From Hydrolagus affinis (taxonomy: Eukaryota), in NCBI GenBank assembly GCA_012026655.1, contig JAAILG010000780.1:1-64000 (forward strand): a DNA stretch of 64,000 nt, read 5' to 3'. Below, piece after piece: positions 37,041 to 62,585 of this stretch. The position numbers and the translations under genes were made by a program. The notes beneath the pieces are model-generated. The model was given only the letters and a program-made list of their open reading frames with translations, was not told where the DNA came from and did no database searches. Positions within the stretch are counted from its first letter, which is position 1. The number at the start of each line of letters is the position of its first letter.

Positions 37041-40000
37041 TTTTTTTCCTTGAGCTTTTATTTTCCCCGGGAAAAAGATCCACAAATCGACTACCAACTG
37101 TGTTCCTACTTCCTGCTAGTTAACAGAAGTATGTGGAGTAAAGAAACGTCTTTATGGTTTGCAACCAATATATAAAATGGTAAAACAAGCTCCAAAGTGG
37201 CATTGTAAAGACTGCTGAAATATCAGGAACATAATTATTTGTAGTCATTTTACAATAAAATGTTCCAATAATTGAAAAAAAATTATGAAGTGTTCAGAAG
37301 AAGTGAGCATCAAATAAACAGGAACATACAATTAAATTAAAAGCAGATGTAAAACCAGCAAGAGCTGCAAACCCAAGGTTAAAGAAAACAGTATGTGAGT
37401 ATATTTGATTGTCCTTGAGTAGAAATTGGACAAAACTTTGTTTTATGGCTGGACCCCAAATATTTAAATCAATCAAATAAAGACAAACTATAAGTGATTC
37501 AGAACTCTGCCACAGATTTACTCACCCATGCTAAAGTCCGTCGTATCAGTCCTTACCAGGCTGCACTGACTCCATATTACAAAACAAACTGATTTCCAGA
37601 TCCTCTCACTCGTTTACAAATCCCTTCATGCCCTGGCATCTCCCTCCCTTTCCAACCTTCTTTCTCCCCACTTCACAATTCGCTGCTTCCACTTGGCTGT
37701 CTCTGGCCTCCTGCATGTTTCTTGAACCCTCAGTTCTACCATCGGCAAAAATGCTTTCAGTCATTACATCTTGAAGCTTTGGATCTCTCTACCTCAATCC
37801 CTCTACCATGTTCCCACCTTCCACTCTTTTAGATAATGACTGAAGAGGTTCCTCTTCCAAAGTGTTTATGGTCACCAAATAAACAGAATTCCTTTTGAGG
37901 GATTATTACCCCCTCGAAAAGTAATTGGATAATCGACTAACAACTGGGATCCTACTTACTGCTTGGTTCACAGAAACGTGTGGCATAAGAAAATTAGTTT
38001 TGCCTTCATCAGGAATTAAATCTGGATCCTCTCAGTAGAGTGCTCTAATCAATATGCTACAAGACTCCACATAATACAACAACTTGCACGTAAAAAGTGC
38101 CCTCTTGCAGGGTAGTTTTCAGAGTGCTTAACAATGGCAGGGCCTGACTCTGAGTCAGAGTGTGGATACAGTCGTTTCGAAGAGTTTTAAGCGGAACTTG
38201 AAAAATGGGAGAGAGGGTGCAAGGCGGAATGAATCAGTGATTTTCCAGAGTTTGGGGGCATGGTGGCTAAATGCATGACCTCCAATGGTGGAGCAGAGGA
38301 TGCGAGGGACAAACACTAGGCCGGTGATGGTCAAGCAGAGATTGGGGAATGAAGAGATTGGAGAGGTAGGGAGGTGCCAGGGACTGAAGGGATTTAAACA
38401 CTAGTGTGAGGATCTTGAAGGACAGTAATAATGATCGTAGTGAATTGTCAAAATGCCTCAAAGCTCTTTCATGGGATTTACCGCAAAGTACAGTGACTGT
38501 ATTTTGTGAACGAACAAGGCAGCTAATTTGCACACAGCAAATTAATTTTTTTAATAAAATGTACAATATGGTAATATGTGTGATTAAGACATTTGATTGA
38601 CACATGACCACAGTATTCAAAAGGGGAATGAAGCTGCAACAATGGGTGTGACTTAGTGTGGTTTTTGAACACTGAATAAAGAGAGAAACTGATCAGCAAG
38701 GAGAAGTATGTCTCATGATTTGCAGCAATAGGAGCACTGAATCTTTAGAATCTGTGAATAGATCAATAATCTGACATTGAAGCCTGGAAGAAGTCACGCT
38801 TTTGGGACTCACCTACAAAAGACTTCAACATATCAGTAATCTTCAGGTATTATTTTTTAACCTATTTTTAATCCAAACAATATAATAATCCTTATATTTG
38901 ATACAGTGCCTTATCACATCATCGAGATGTCCTAACGAGGTTCACATGATATATTGTGCTGTAAAGTAGTGTGACTGTATTTGGTAGGCAAATCCTAATA
39001 GTTTGTTAAATTGGTTTCTTTGGCATTGGACCTTGCTCAGTGATTGGAAACAGTAGTAAAGTCCATGCTTCCAGCGTTATGTATCTCTGTGCTCTCTGCT
39101 TCTCTAACAGCTTATGTTTTTTTGGTTAATTTTGTTCTAGATCCTTTAAACTGAAATGGATTGGAACAGTGACTGCAATTTTACCAATTAATGTTACCAC
39201 AATGACAGACAGGGGTAGAGAATAATAGAGATTGGAGAGCTGCAGCATAATATATACATTTTCACACAGTTTATAGAGGTCTGCTGTTGCTTTGGGATGA
39301 CTGGCTCATATTGCATACATTTCTATTGTAATGTTTGTAGAAATGCCACTGAAACCAAACATACAAGTTGAAAGCAATGGTTTCAAAGCATTGGATAATT
39401 TTTATTAACAATTTTGATTGGATGTCCCTGATGTCTCATTGGCTAAATAAAACCATTTAGAATGCATAGCCAGGTTCATGTCCCTTGTCCAATCTGCCCC
39501 ATCGTTGGCAGGTGGGCTTTCAGCCATTCCCTCCCACCCCATGTTCAAACAAACCTCTCTCAGTCATCTTTCCCCTCCCCACTCCCAGCTTGGGTGCTGA
39601 GCCAGCAGTGTGAAGCACTTCTCCCACCTTTGTATACCAACGCGTTAGCCAATTTTAAGCTAATTTCTACTTCACTGGACTAGTATAGGGGGGAAATTCA
39701 TTCTTCTGAGAGTTATATAATAATTGTAGTTAGAGGATGAAAACTGGGTGAGAGTAGGGTCTGGGTTTAGCTACAATACCTCCAAAAATGGAATTGGTTT
39801 GCAACACTCACTCAGGAAAAATGACAATCACACTAGTCTACAACTTCAGCAAGGGGAGAAAAATGTTTACAAAAGGTGAACAATTATAGAGTAAGAGGAA
39901 CTGAGTGAGGAGAACAGCAGAATGGTAAATAATAAAATTATAGAGTAAGAGGAACAGTAGAATGGTAAATAATAAAAGCAAAACTAACAGAAGAGGCTTG

Positions 40001-40290
40001 AGGAGATTCTCTGTTGATGATTAGATAGCAAAAAAGCCAACATTCAGAAGTACAGCCTTTCCGAGTAGCTTCCAATGAAATTTGAGACTAATGTGTTTAT
40101 CACTGCAATATACAAGTCCACTTTGAGAAACTCCTTGCCTGATCTGACATTTGAGTCAGATGGATGTTATTGGGGATGTTTCAGTTCTGAGGAAACTTGA
40201 CAAGTTTCAGAGTTTTGAGACACTACCTGGGCTTGAAGATGCTATATAAATGTACAATTTTTGTCTATGTTTTATTTTATATCAAGCAGG

Positions 40291-42705
40291 ATGTCTTACC
40301 AGGCTTGGCTGTTCTGGTGGCTCTTTTATTTCTCTGTGGGATGGACTGCATCACAAGACTGGGGAATGCCAGAATGTACAAAAAAGGGGGTTTGGATCGA
40401 TCGTTCACATCAGCACTTGAAAGAAATCCCCAAAGACCTGCCGGAGTCCACACAGTATTTAGATCTTTCATACAACAATCTGACAAGCCTTAAGGATGTG
40501 GACTTGCTACAACTTCAAAACCTATGCTCCCTACGACTGTCTAACAATTGGATTCAGTCCATCTCTGAAGCTTCTTTTCAAATGAATTCAAACCTGGAGA
40601 TTTTAGATCTCTCTCACAATCTGTTGGAGACAATCCCAGACTTGCCATTGAGATATGTGTTAGGATTGAGGGCCCTTGACATCTCAGGTAATCTGTACAG
40701 AAGCTACTACTTGGGAAATACTTTCGCAACTCTGCAGAAAATGACTATTCTGAATTTGGGAAGTCCCAATGCACCATGGATTAAGAAGGAAGACTTTACT
40801 TCATTGAACAATGTAACACTGAAAGCTGTAAAATTCAATAATGGGATGAACCTACAAGGATATGAAGCAGGTTCTTTGGTGCTGCTCCAAACCCTGGAAG
40901 AGCTATCCATAAACATGTCTTTTTGTGGCAAGGCTCCAATGCTGACTACCATGCTGAGGGACTTGAATCAGACCATGGTTAGAAACATCACGCTTGGCAA
41001 CTTCTCCTCAAAGGATTGCAACCAATCCGTTGATCCATTCCGAGGGCTCTCAAACATGAATACTTTGGAAAAACTCACCTTCACCGATAGTTGGATGACC
41101 AGCTCATTAATGATTTATATTCTTCCCAAATTAGTTCAGTCAAATATTCGAGGTCTTATTTTTCAGAACATAACGTATGAGGACGACACTGGGGGTATTT
41201 ATTTTAATGGGGTGAATGGGAGTACCCTTATCAGCCCACTGCAGTCTGTTATTTTTGATGGTGTAACCCACTACCAATATAATTATCCTCTGGTTTTTAT
41301 CAATTTGACCCTTTTCCCTCATGTCACTTACGTGAAGTTCTCTCATAGTGGAATGAATATTTCCCCCGGTCACCTGCTGCCTGCTGTTACCTCATTGGAA
41401 GTTCTGGATGTGTCCAATAACCTTCTGGATGACACTGGCTTTTGGAGACCCAAATGGAACTATACTAACGTCTTCCCCAACCTGCGGAAACTCAACCTGA
41501 GCCACAACCAGTTCCAAAACCTCGGTTTCATTTCGAACAAACTGCATCAGATGAAAATGCTGGATACTGTGGATCTGAGCTTTAATAGTATTAGCATCCA
41601 AGATACCTGCTCCTGGCCTGTAGAAATAACCACTTTGTTCCTTAGTCACAATCGTCTGGGGAACACGGTCTTCAGTTGCCTGTCTGAATACATCCTGGTG
41701 CTTGACCTCTCCTACACACAGTTAGATGCTCTGTCCAGTGATGCCTTATCTCGGTTGCCACGTCTCACAAAGCTCTACCTGACTGGCAACTTCATCAAGC
41801 ATTTACCCTCACACCTGGCAGCTGCTCATCTTCACACATTGTACATCAACTTCAACTCCATAAATATAATTTCCCAAAACATGTTGCAAGGCCTTCCTCA
41901 GCTCCGTCAACTGAACGCAGGGAACAACACTTTATACTGCACTTGTGACATGTACTGGTTCACCGTCAAATTTGACAAGAACCTGTTGGTAGACTGGCCA
42001 GATTCATACACCTGCAACTATCCATCTAACTGGGCAGGCAAAACCCTAACTGCCTACAATCCCAATGTCATAACATGCAACCAACTGTTCCAGGCAGCAA
42101 TCGGAGTGGGTGCTGGAGTGTTCTTATTCATTGTTCTGGCACTTCTATGCTATTGCTGTGATGCTGTGTGGTACTTCAGAATGTTATGCCTGTGGATCCA
42201 TGTCAAAAGATCCCAACGTCGGAAATCCAGTGAAATAGAGACACCAATTTATCAGTTCGATGCATTTATTTCATACAGTGAAGAAGATTCTGTCTGGGTA
42301 ACTGACCGCCTACTCTCTACACTGGAAAATGAGGCCTTCCGATTATGCATACATAAGAGAGACTTCACCCCTGGAAAGCTAGTCATAGAAAACATCATCA
42401 ACTGCATTGAAAACAGTTATAAGACCATTTTTGTGCTTTCGAAGCAGTTTGTGAAAAGTGAATGGTGCCATTATGAGCTCTACTTTGCCCAGCATAGATC
42501 TCTGAATATCCAGCAGGACGCCATCATTTTTGTCCTCCTCGAACCCATTCCTTCAAATTCAGTTCCCAGAAAGTTTATCAAACTCCGGAAACTGCTGAAC
42601 AGGAAGACCTACTTGGAATGGCCACCAGAGGCCCAGAAGCAGCAGATCTTCTGGTCAAACCTTAGAGGAATTCTGGAAACTAGAAATGAACCTATAGTTG
42701 CTTAA
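40291..42705 (+). CDS. Toll-like receptor, TLR1 family (TLR1/2/14/18/25/27 group), 804 aa, single coding exon
   Basis: Uninterrupted ORF with signal peptide MSYQAWLFWWLFYFSVGWTA (ATG 40291 just after a cag|G acceptor; alternative ATG at 40267), LRR array (LDLSYNNL, LDLSHNLL, LDVSNNLL...), LRRCT (YCTCD..WPDSYTCNYP..C), TM helix AAIGVGAGVFLFIVLALLC, and TIR with FDAFISYS, HKRDFTPGK, SEWCHYELYFA, TYLEWP, FWSNL. Confidence 0.96.
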   Translation: MSYQAWLFWWLFYFSVGWTASQDWGMPECTKKGVWIDRSHQHLKEIPKDLPESTQYLDLSYNNLTSLKDVDLLQLQNLCSLRLSNNWIQSISEASFQMNSNLEILDLSHNLLETIPDLPLRYVLGLRALDISGNLYRSYYLGNTFATLQKMTILNLGSPNAPWIKKEDFTSLNNVTLKAVKFNNGMNLQGYEAGSLVLLQTLEELSINMSFCGKAPMLTTMLRDLNQTMVRNITLGNFSSKDCNQSVDPFRGLSNMNTLEKLTFTDSWMTSSLMIYILPKLVQSNIRGLIFQNITYEDDTGGIYFNGVNGSTLISPLQSVIFDGVTHYQYNYPLVFINLTLFPHVTYVKFSHSGMNISPGHLLPAVTSLEVLDVSNNLLDDTGFWRPKWNYTNVFPNLRKLNLSHNQFQNLGFISNKLHQMKMLDTVDLSFNSISIQDTCSWPVEITTLFLSHNRLGNTVFSCLSEYILVLDLSYTQLDALSSDALSRLPRLTKLYLTGNFIKHLPSHLAAAHLHTLYINFNSINIISQNMLQGLPQLRQLNAGNNTLYCTCDMYWFTVKFDKNLLVDWPDSYTCNYPSNWAGKTLTAYNPNVITCNQLFQAAIGVGAGVFLFIVLALLCYCCDAVWYFRMLCLWIHVKRSQRRKSSEIETPIYQFDAFISYSEEDSVWVTDRLLSTLENEAFRLCIHKRDFTPGKLVIENIINCIENSYKTIFVLSKQFVKSEWCHYELYFAQHRSLNIQQDAIIFVLLEPIPSNSVPRKFIKLRKLLNRKTYLEWPPEAQKQQIFWSNLRGILETRNEPIVA

Positions 42706-43661
42706 TGTCAATCCTCATCCTCAGTATTCGTAATCAGAGGATCATCATGGAGCTTCTGCCAGCATATCTTCTACAACTTTATCAGCATTCTTAAAACTCT
42801 AGATTTAGCAATTTACAATCAGAAATCAATTGCATTTTGGCAAGAACTTTGCTTATGTAAGATGTAACTAAGTCAAACAAGATGAGATTTTATTGACAAA
42901 ATGTGTTCAGAGCTGCCTCTGAGGGTGCAGTTGGTAAAAGCACCAACTAATGTACCACTGGATCATACAGATCAGATCTCAAGTCACAATTCCAACCCAT
43001 GTTGAGCAACGTGAACTGAGCTACAAATGGCCACCACACCCAAGTGGTTCTGAAGATGGGGGAGGTGGAGCAGGGAGAACAAAAACTGAAAGCTAGAATT
43101 TCCCCTCTTCCCGAATGCTATCTGATATTCCCCTGTATGTTGGACAAGAGTTGAGCAAAGCTATGATCATTGCTGGTTGTGATGATTTGGACAGTTGAAT
43201 AGCCAGCACTAACTTCCACGGTACACACTTAAACAATGGACAGGTGGGCAATGTACCAGAAGTTACCCAAGCAACAGTAGAAGGGGCAAAAAGGAATTGA
43301 ACATTTTCATGACAACAACAACAACATATTATATTTGCATTGTATCTCTCACATCAAGCATTTGCACCTGAACCGGGGGTTGGGAATGAGACATTAACGG
43401 AAAGATTGGGTGAACAAAAAACCCTTTGTCCAATTCATTTTGAACAATTGAACACGAACATCTGCCATGAATTTCATTATTACATTATTTAATAGCCTTC
43501 AAGATCATCATTACCTCAAGGTGATGGAAGGAATTAGTAATGGACTGAAGAAACACAAAGGCACATGTACCTGCCCAAGTTGAGCATTGTGGCTTCCCAT
43601 GAATTGGTGTCACACCACTAGCAATTGTTCATGTACACAGACCACTCAAGCCAGACAAATA

Positions 43662-44273
43662 CAGGAAGTCCTCTATTTACATTGGGGATGCGTCCATGGA
43701 AAACATGAAGTTAGGTGAAACAACTTAAATCGAAAACTATTTTACCATTTACTTAATGATATAAATTTAGGATACGTTCCTGGAGTCATTTTTTGGTCAA
43801 AATTTGCAGAAAAAATATTAAATAAGTACCAAAAAGTAAAACAAAAGATACCCAATAAGATGTTATTATAAGTTTAAATAATAAGTTAATATAATACTGT
43901 ACAGAGTATTGCATTTAAAAGCCTAGTGTGGGGTGAAGGGGAGTTGAGGAGTTACTCAGACAAAGAGGCAGGACTGTCTGCTTTTTAATCCGAGGGTGAA
44001 AGTGAAGCCAAACTCAAGAGCTCTAGAGGTCGCTGGGTCCTCTTGGGGAATTCTTGAGCGGGGGTTTGGGGGCTGATGTGGCGTAGTGCGTCGTCACTTA
44101 TGCTGCCCAAACTACAGTACACTAGTTCATGTGCGTCCATTTAAATTTTGCGTTCTTTCAAAACAATGTTAAAGTAAATCAATGCATTTTAAATCGAATC
44201 ACATTCCCTAATTCGCTAGTGATGTTAAAGCGAAACCACTTAAATAGGAGCAAAGTAAACAGAGGACTTCCTG
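43662..44273. mobile_element. non-autonomous Tc1/mariner (Tigger-like) element, 612 bp
   Basis: TIRs caggaagtcctctatttac and gtaaacagaggacttcctg (19 bp, 1 mismatch), flanked by TA on both sides. Confidence 0.85.
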
Positions 44274-45840
44274 TACTGAACTTGATCAACAGTTTATTAA
44301 CACAAGGAAAACCTCAAGAGTCTACAGGGGCCCTGACAGAGCCTGGCAAGATCTGCTGCCAATGACACATCTGGGGAGTTGCAGTTACCTGTGTTTGCAG
44401 TGTCCTACAACCCCACTTACACCAGCTGTAAATTACAGTCCACTCCCCTTACCCTGATTCAGTACCCAGGCCTTGTAGCAACTTCTAATACCTCGCACAC
44501 CACTGCATTCTCTGCAGCAGCCTGACTCACCATATGATCTTTGCGCTCTGGGGATGGATAGGCTCAGCCTTCTACCTCAATCACTTCCCCGGTCAATCAC
44601 CTGGTAACCTCCCAACAGGGGGACTAGTTACAGGATTGGTAGGGGAGAAGCCACCCAGCCTATGGAGGGCACTGGGCCACCAGCTGATTGAACAGTTCAG
44701 ATACAAGCAGCTCCCTCGTTCCCAATAGCAGCCAGTCAGTCCCACATCGCTGAACCCAGTGTGTGGCCTATTACAGCACCTAAAAGCACCTGTTGTTGCT
44801 TTAAATTTAAAATAAACTCATTTTGGGGAAGTGGAATGTGTTCCAGGAATGTTTTGCTGCAACATGCCCACTGTGGTCACATCATTTTCACATATATAGC
44901 CAGCCAGAGCCCCAGATCCAGAGGGTGCCTCACAAGATCACACTAAACTGGTTTGGATGAAGAAGGTCCTTCTGAACTTACCCCTCCAGAATACCCACTC
45001 CACCCCACCACCCTCCCCCACCCCCCAATCACAGCATTAAGCTACTTTTTAAAAGTTCTTGCAATAAGTGTGTGTAAAAGGAGGTTGCTAAATCATTCAA
45101 ATAAAGTTGCGATCCCATGAATGTATATACTTGCATTTGATATCGCGCCTTATCACGTCATCGAGACGTCTCCACGTGCTTCACTGCAAAGTAAATTTAC
45201 TATGTTTTTATGGACAAAATGCAGCAGCCAATGGCGTGCCGCCGTGTCCCAAGTTTGAAAGACACAGTAAAGATGTTGTACACATAAAAGGATCTTGTTG
45301 TTAACTACACAATCCTTGTGAAAAAAATAAGTTTGCTTGTTTTAAAAAAAATGCTTTTACGTTGAATGCCATGACTCTAGCTGTTCCGAAGTTTTTATGT
45401 AAATATACCTTTTACAAATGGAAATTTTGAGTGTGGTTCATTGATACCAAAATTAGAGAGCAGCTCTAATGTTGCAGTGGATAGAGCTGCAGCTCACTGG
45501 AACTGAGTTCACGGTTCAAATCCCAGGCTGTGCAGCATTTGCTGGTCTCAGCTGGGGATGAATGGGGTTGCTAAGTTGGTCCTGACCTGGCTGCTCCTGG
45601 CATCTTTTCAGCACCCTCTACTGGTTGTGCACGTATGTGTATGGCATCCGGGTAGGAGGCAGCTCTACAGTGGCCAACATCACAAACAATGGTCACTTCG
45701 GCAGGAAACTGAAGAGCAACCAGTAGGTGTGCAACTGCAGAAAGGCATGTGCCAAATGAGAAAATATAGAAAACAATTGGACATAAATTGATAATATTAA
45801 TAAAAATAGGTGATGACTGGAAATCTCCTGGAGCTCTCAT

Positions 45841-46179
45841 GGAGCTCCTGTGGCTCAGTGGTTAGAGCACTTGTCTTGCAAGCTGGGAGACCAAACTGGG
45901 GAGACCTGTGTTCGAATCCAGGCAGGTCAGGGCAAAACCATGGGCAAGTTTCCTTACTCCACATGCCTAATAATAATCCGTCCAAAAAAAACACAATAAC
46001 AAAATTGGTCATTTCAATCCAAGACTGTTTGTGGGGCACTGCTGTGCGCAATTGGCTGCCGCGATTCCCCCACAAATATACAGTCAAATCACTTTACAGT
46101 ATATTCTGTGAAGCGCTTTGGGATGTCGATAAGATGTGAAAAGCGCTATATCAAATGCAAGGATTATTATTATTATTAT
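45841..46179 (+). mobile_element. near full-length tRNA-derived SINE
   Basis: A-box tggctcagtgg, B-box gttcgaatcc, and tail gcgctatatcaaatgcaaggattattattattatt. Confidence 0.88.
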
Positions 46180-46299
46180 CTCCACTCACTCTATGCCCTA
46201 TAGTGGGTTTAAATCCCGTGACCGAAAGTCTGGTTTGGTTGCAAACTCATGCAGTGACCTGTCAGTAGTTTGCCATGAAGCTGATGGAGACAAGTGTGA

Positions 46300-46720
46300 C
46301 AACAATAACAGATTACATTTATATAGTGCCTTTCACATTGTTGGAAGGATGTCTCCAGGTGCAGGACAGTTAAAGATTAGCACCCAAGCTGGGGTTTGGA
46401 ATCAAGAGGAGTTGAAGGGTACGGTGATGGCCAAAGGTACGTTCAAAGAGGAAATGTGTCTCAAGTCTTGAGACGAACCTTGAAAGAGGCAAGGAAGGGA
46501 CAAGGTGGAGGGATTCAGGGATGGAGTTCCAGAGTGTGGGGGCATAAAAGCTGAAGGTCCGACCGCCAATAGTGGGGCGAGCAGGGCTGACAGGACGGGG
46601 GATGTGGAACAAGCCAGAGCCTGCCGATCAGAGGGTGTGGGAAGGTTGATATAGTGGTAAGATGTCGCAGAGGTATGGAGGAGCAATGATGTGGAGGGCT
46701 TTAAAAACGAGAATGAGGAT
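46300..46720 (-). mobile_element. L2 LINE 3' fragment
   Basis: RPTIGGRTFSFYAPTLWNSIPESLHLVPSLPLSRFVSRLETHF. Confidence 0.8.
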
Positions 46721-46803
46721 GAGTGACGGTGGTCGGGCCGAGAGGAGAATAGGAAGCAAAACCAACTCAAGTTATCAGCAAGTACAGAATTCCAAGAAAT
46801 ATC

Positions 46804-46809
46804 TTTATT
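46804..46809 (-). promoter_or_regulatory. candidate poly(A) signal of B4GALNT3
   Basis: AATAAA on the minus strand at the end of a largely unique, 3'UTR-like stretch about 1.9 kb after the stop codon. Confidence 0.45.
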
Positions 46810-48668
46810 AGCAAAACCATGATTATACACAACTTAATTTCACAGAAATCATTAACCCTTCATCCCAGCCATTTCTCAAGGCCACACTACACTATACAGC
46901 TTCAACTTAAAAAAAACAAAGAAATTTAGCATGGCCCTCTTGAAAGGGCTTGGATTTTGAGTGTTCTAATACAGTTAAAATGATCCCCTAGAGGTTTCTT
47001 ACATAATTTAAGTACCAACAATGTTTTGATTTGTACCAAATTTCCCACATCTGTTTCCATAGAAAAATAAATGACTACGTTTTGAAACTTTTAAGACCCG
47101 TAGTTGAGGTACCTAAACAGTGGAGCAAAATTGCTTCCCACTGGTTAAACTGACAAAACTAATCCTTTTATCCTGTGTAAGCAGGAACAAAAAAAATCAA
47201 TCAAGTATAAATTCAGGTCCATGATTCCTTTGCATCCAATGGTATTGTTACTCCTGTACAGAAAAAGAAAAAGACACAAAAGGTACCTTGTGCACAACTG
47301 CAGACTGCAGAAGGTATGGCTTAATCAACTTAGCAACTCGCCAAACTCTTCCACACAAATGTGTTAAGCATTGTACTTGTCAAAGGAACTGGGTCAATAG
47401 AGGTAAAAAAATTCCCAAAGATGCAATGTCTTATTCCAGTTTCTTTTGCACACAATAAATTGAATTGATGCTCTGTGGTTCTGGTCTTACATGCGAGCGA
47501 GCTCACACAACACACATGCGCACACACACACACACATGTAGATGATATGGTGTTAAGGATCAGGTCAGCCTCAATATGTCCTTGTCGTTCTGAAGCCCAC
47601 TTTAGGAACAGCGACTGTAGTGATTGAATTGATCCTGGGAAAGAGCTGCATGTGCAAAGCAGTAAAAGAACTTGCCCTTTGAGCCCTTGCCAAGTTTCAC
47701 CGTCCCTCACTGAATTCATAATGGGACGCATCAATAACAAAAGGAAATTTACAAGCTGAACCTGGTCTCATTTCATTGAAATATGCACGCTTACTAAGAG
47801 TCCTTACTGAGTTAAAACATAACCTATCAATCCTCCCTGTCAATCTGAACTTCTCCAGGAGCACCCCCCCCCCCCAACACACACACACACACACACAATG
47901 CATGGCATTTCACTGAAAGTTGTTACTTTCAAGGTATTGCTAATTGACACACTTAACGAGGCACAAGTACCAACCAATCGTACGGCTCTTGGGGTGTACC
48001 ACAGAAAAGCCAAAAGCAGATCAAGAGCCAGAAAATCTTTTCTATGATTCTACCAAGATCCTATGTCAACGAGTGCTGTGTTTCCAACACAGCGCAATGC
48101 ACGTTCCAAGATACATTGACATTCTATTTTGTCCTATGTGGCAACATATTTCCTTCTTTTATATATATAAAAAAATCATAGGCTATTCAAGTTTACTTGT
48201 ACCATGATATAGTCCAGCTCCAATTGAAGCAGTCAACATGTAAAATAATAAGTCTTGCCTTTGATATTGTGCCTTTCATGTCAGGAGGATATCTCAAAGC
48301 ACTTTACGGGATTTAGTGTAAAATGTAGTGACCTTGCATTTGTAGATCGAGGCAACAAAAAAACCCACAACCTCACTACTGCATAATGCTCAATGATTTT
48401 TTGACCAATGGTTTCCTTCAATTACAAAAATATAAAAGAATTTGGTTGGGATCCTCTTCATCCAACATTTCAAATTGTTGACTTGCGAGAAGGTTCCTTA
48501 TAAATGCCAAACCCGTTACTGTAGCAGCCAGAGTAGGTAGAGCAGCAGCTTGGCTGTCTTCAGACCCAGTTGACACAAAGGACTGTAGTGCAGTAGGTTT
48601 AAGACAGGCCAATACCAATCCTATGACCAGAGAAAGTCTGTGCGAGTCCCGACCTTCAACTGTTGCTG

Positions 48669-61995
<13,327 letters not shown>

Positions 61996-62149
61996 CTGGA
62001 ACAGAACAAAAAGGTTGAAAAATGCAATGAAGGCACTGACCTCTAGAAATCAATGGTCCATGTTTTCTAATCTAACTACAGTGGAGCAAAATAGTAAATA
62101 ATCTACCTGTACACGCTAGTGTCAATTGTAATACTGGGTACTGTATTAT

Positions 62150-62585
62150 AACAACAGCAACAACAAAAAAATTACATTTGTATAACGCCTTTCACGTCAG
62201 GAGGACGTCCCAAGGTGCTGGACAGAAAATATTTTGGACCTGAGCTGGAGTTTGGGATTGGGGAGGGTGGCAGTCTGGTGGGGGTAGGGTTAGGAGGTTG
62301 ATTGAAATCATGGTCGAAGAGGGGATAAGGCAAGGCGGAGGGACTGTGGGATGGAGTTCCAGAGGGTGGGGGCAGAGAGCCTGGAGGCGGTAAACATGAG
62401 GCAGGCTGGAGTTCGCTGAGTGTAGGGAGTGGGCAGGTCGGTAGGTGATTAGGAGTTCGCAGAAGTAGAGAGGAGCAAGGCCAAGGACCAGGATCCTGAA
62501 CTGTATCCTCTGTGTGATGGGAAGCCAGGAGTCAGGCGAGGATGAATGAGATATGGTCACGCAGCCTAGGGTGGGAGAGGATGCA
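62150..62585 (-). mobile_element. L2 LINE 3' fragment
   Basis: WLPITQRIQFRIL on the minus strand and the reversed tail ttcacgtcaggaggacgtcccaaggtgctg. Confidence 0.8.

Noticed and set aside
40197-41649. Overlapping and antisense ORFs within the TLR
   Set aside because: Short shadow ORFs of a long coding exon, with no independent evidence.
45841-45925. tRNA-like sequence with A and B boxes (also at 1030-1141, 9488, 33809, 51127, 54180-54275)
   Set aside because: Each continues into the same SINE body and tail; these are SINE heads, not tRNA genes.
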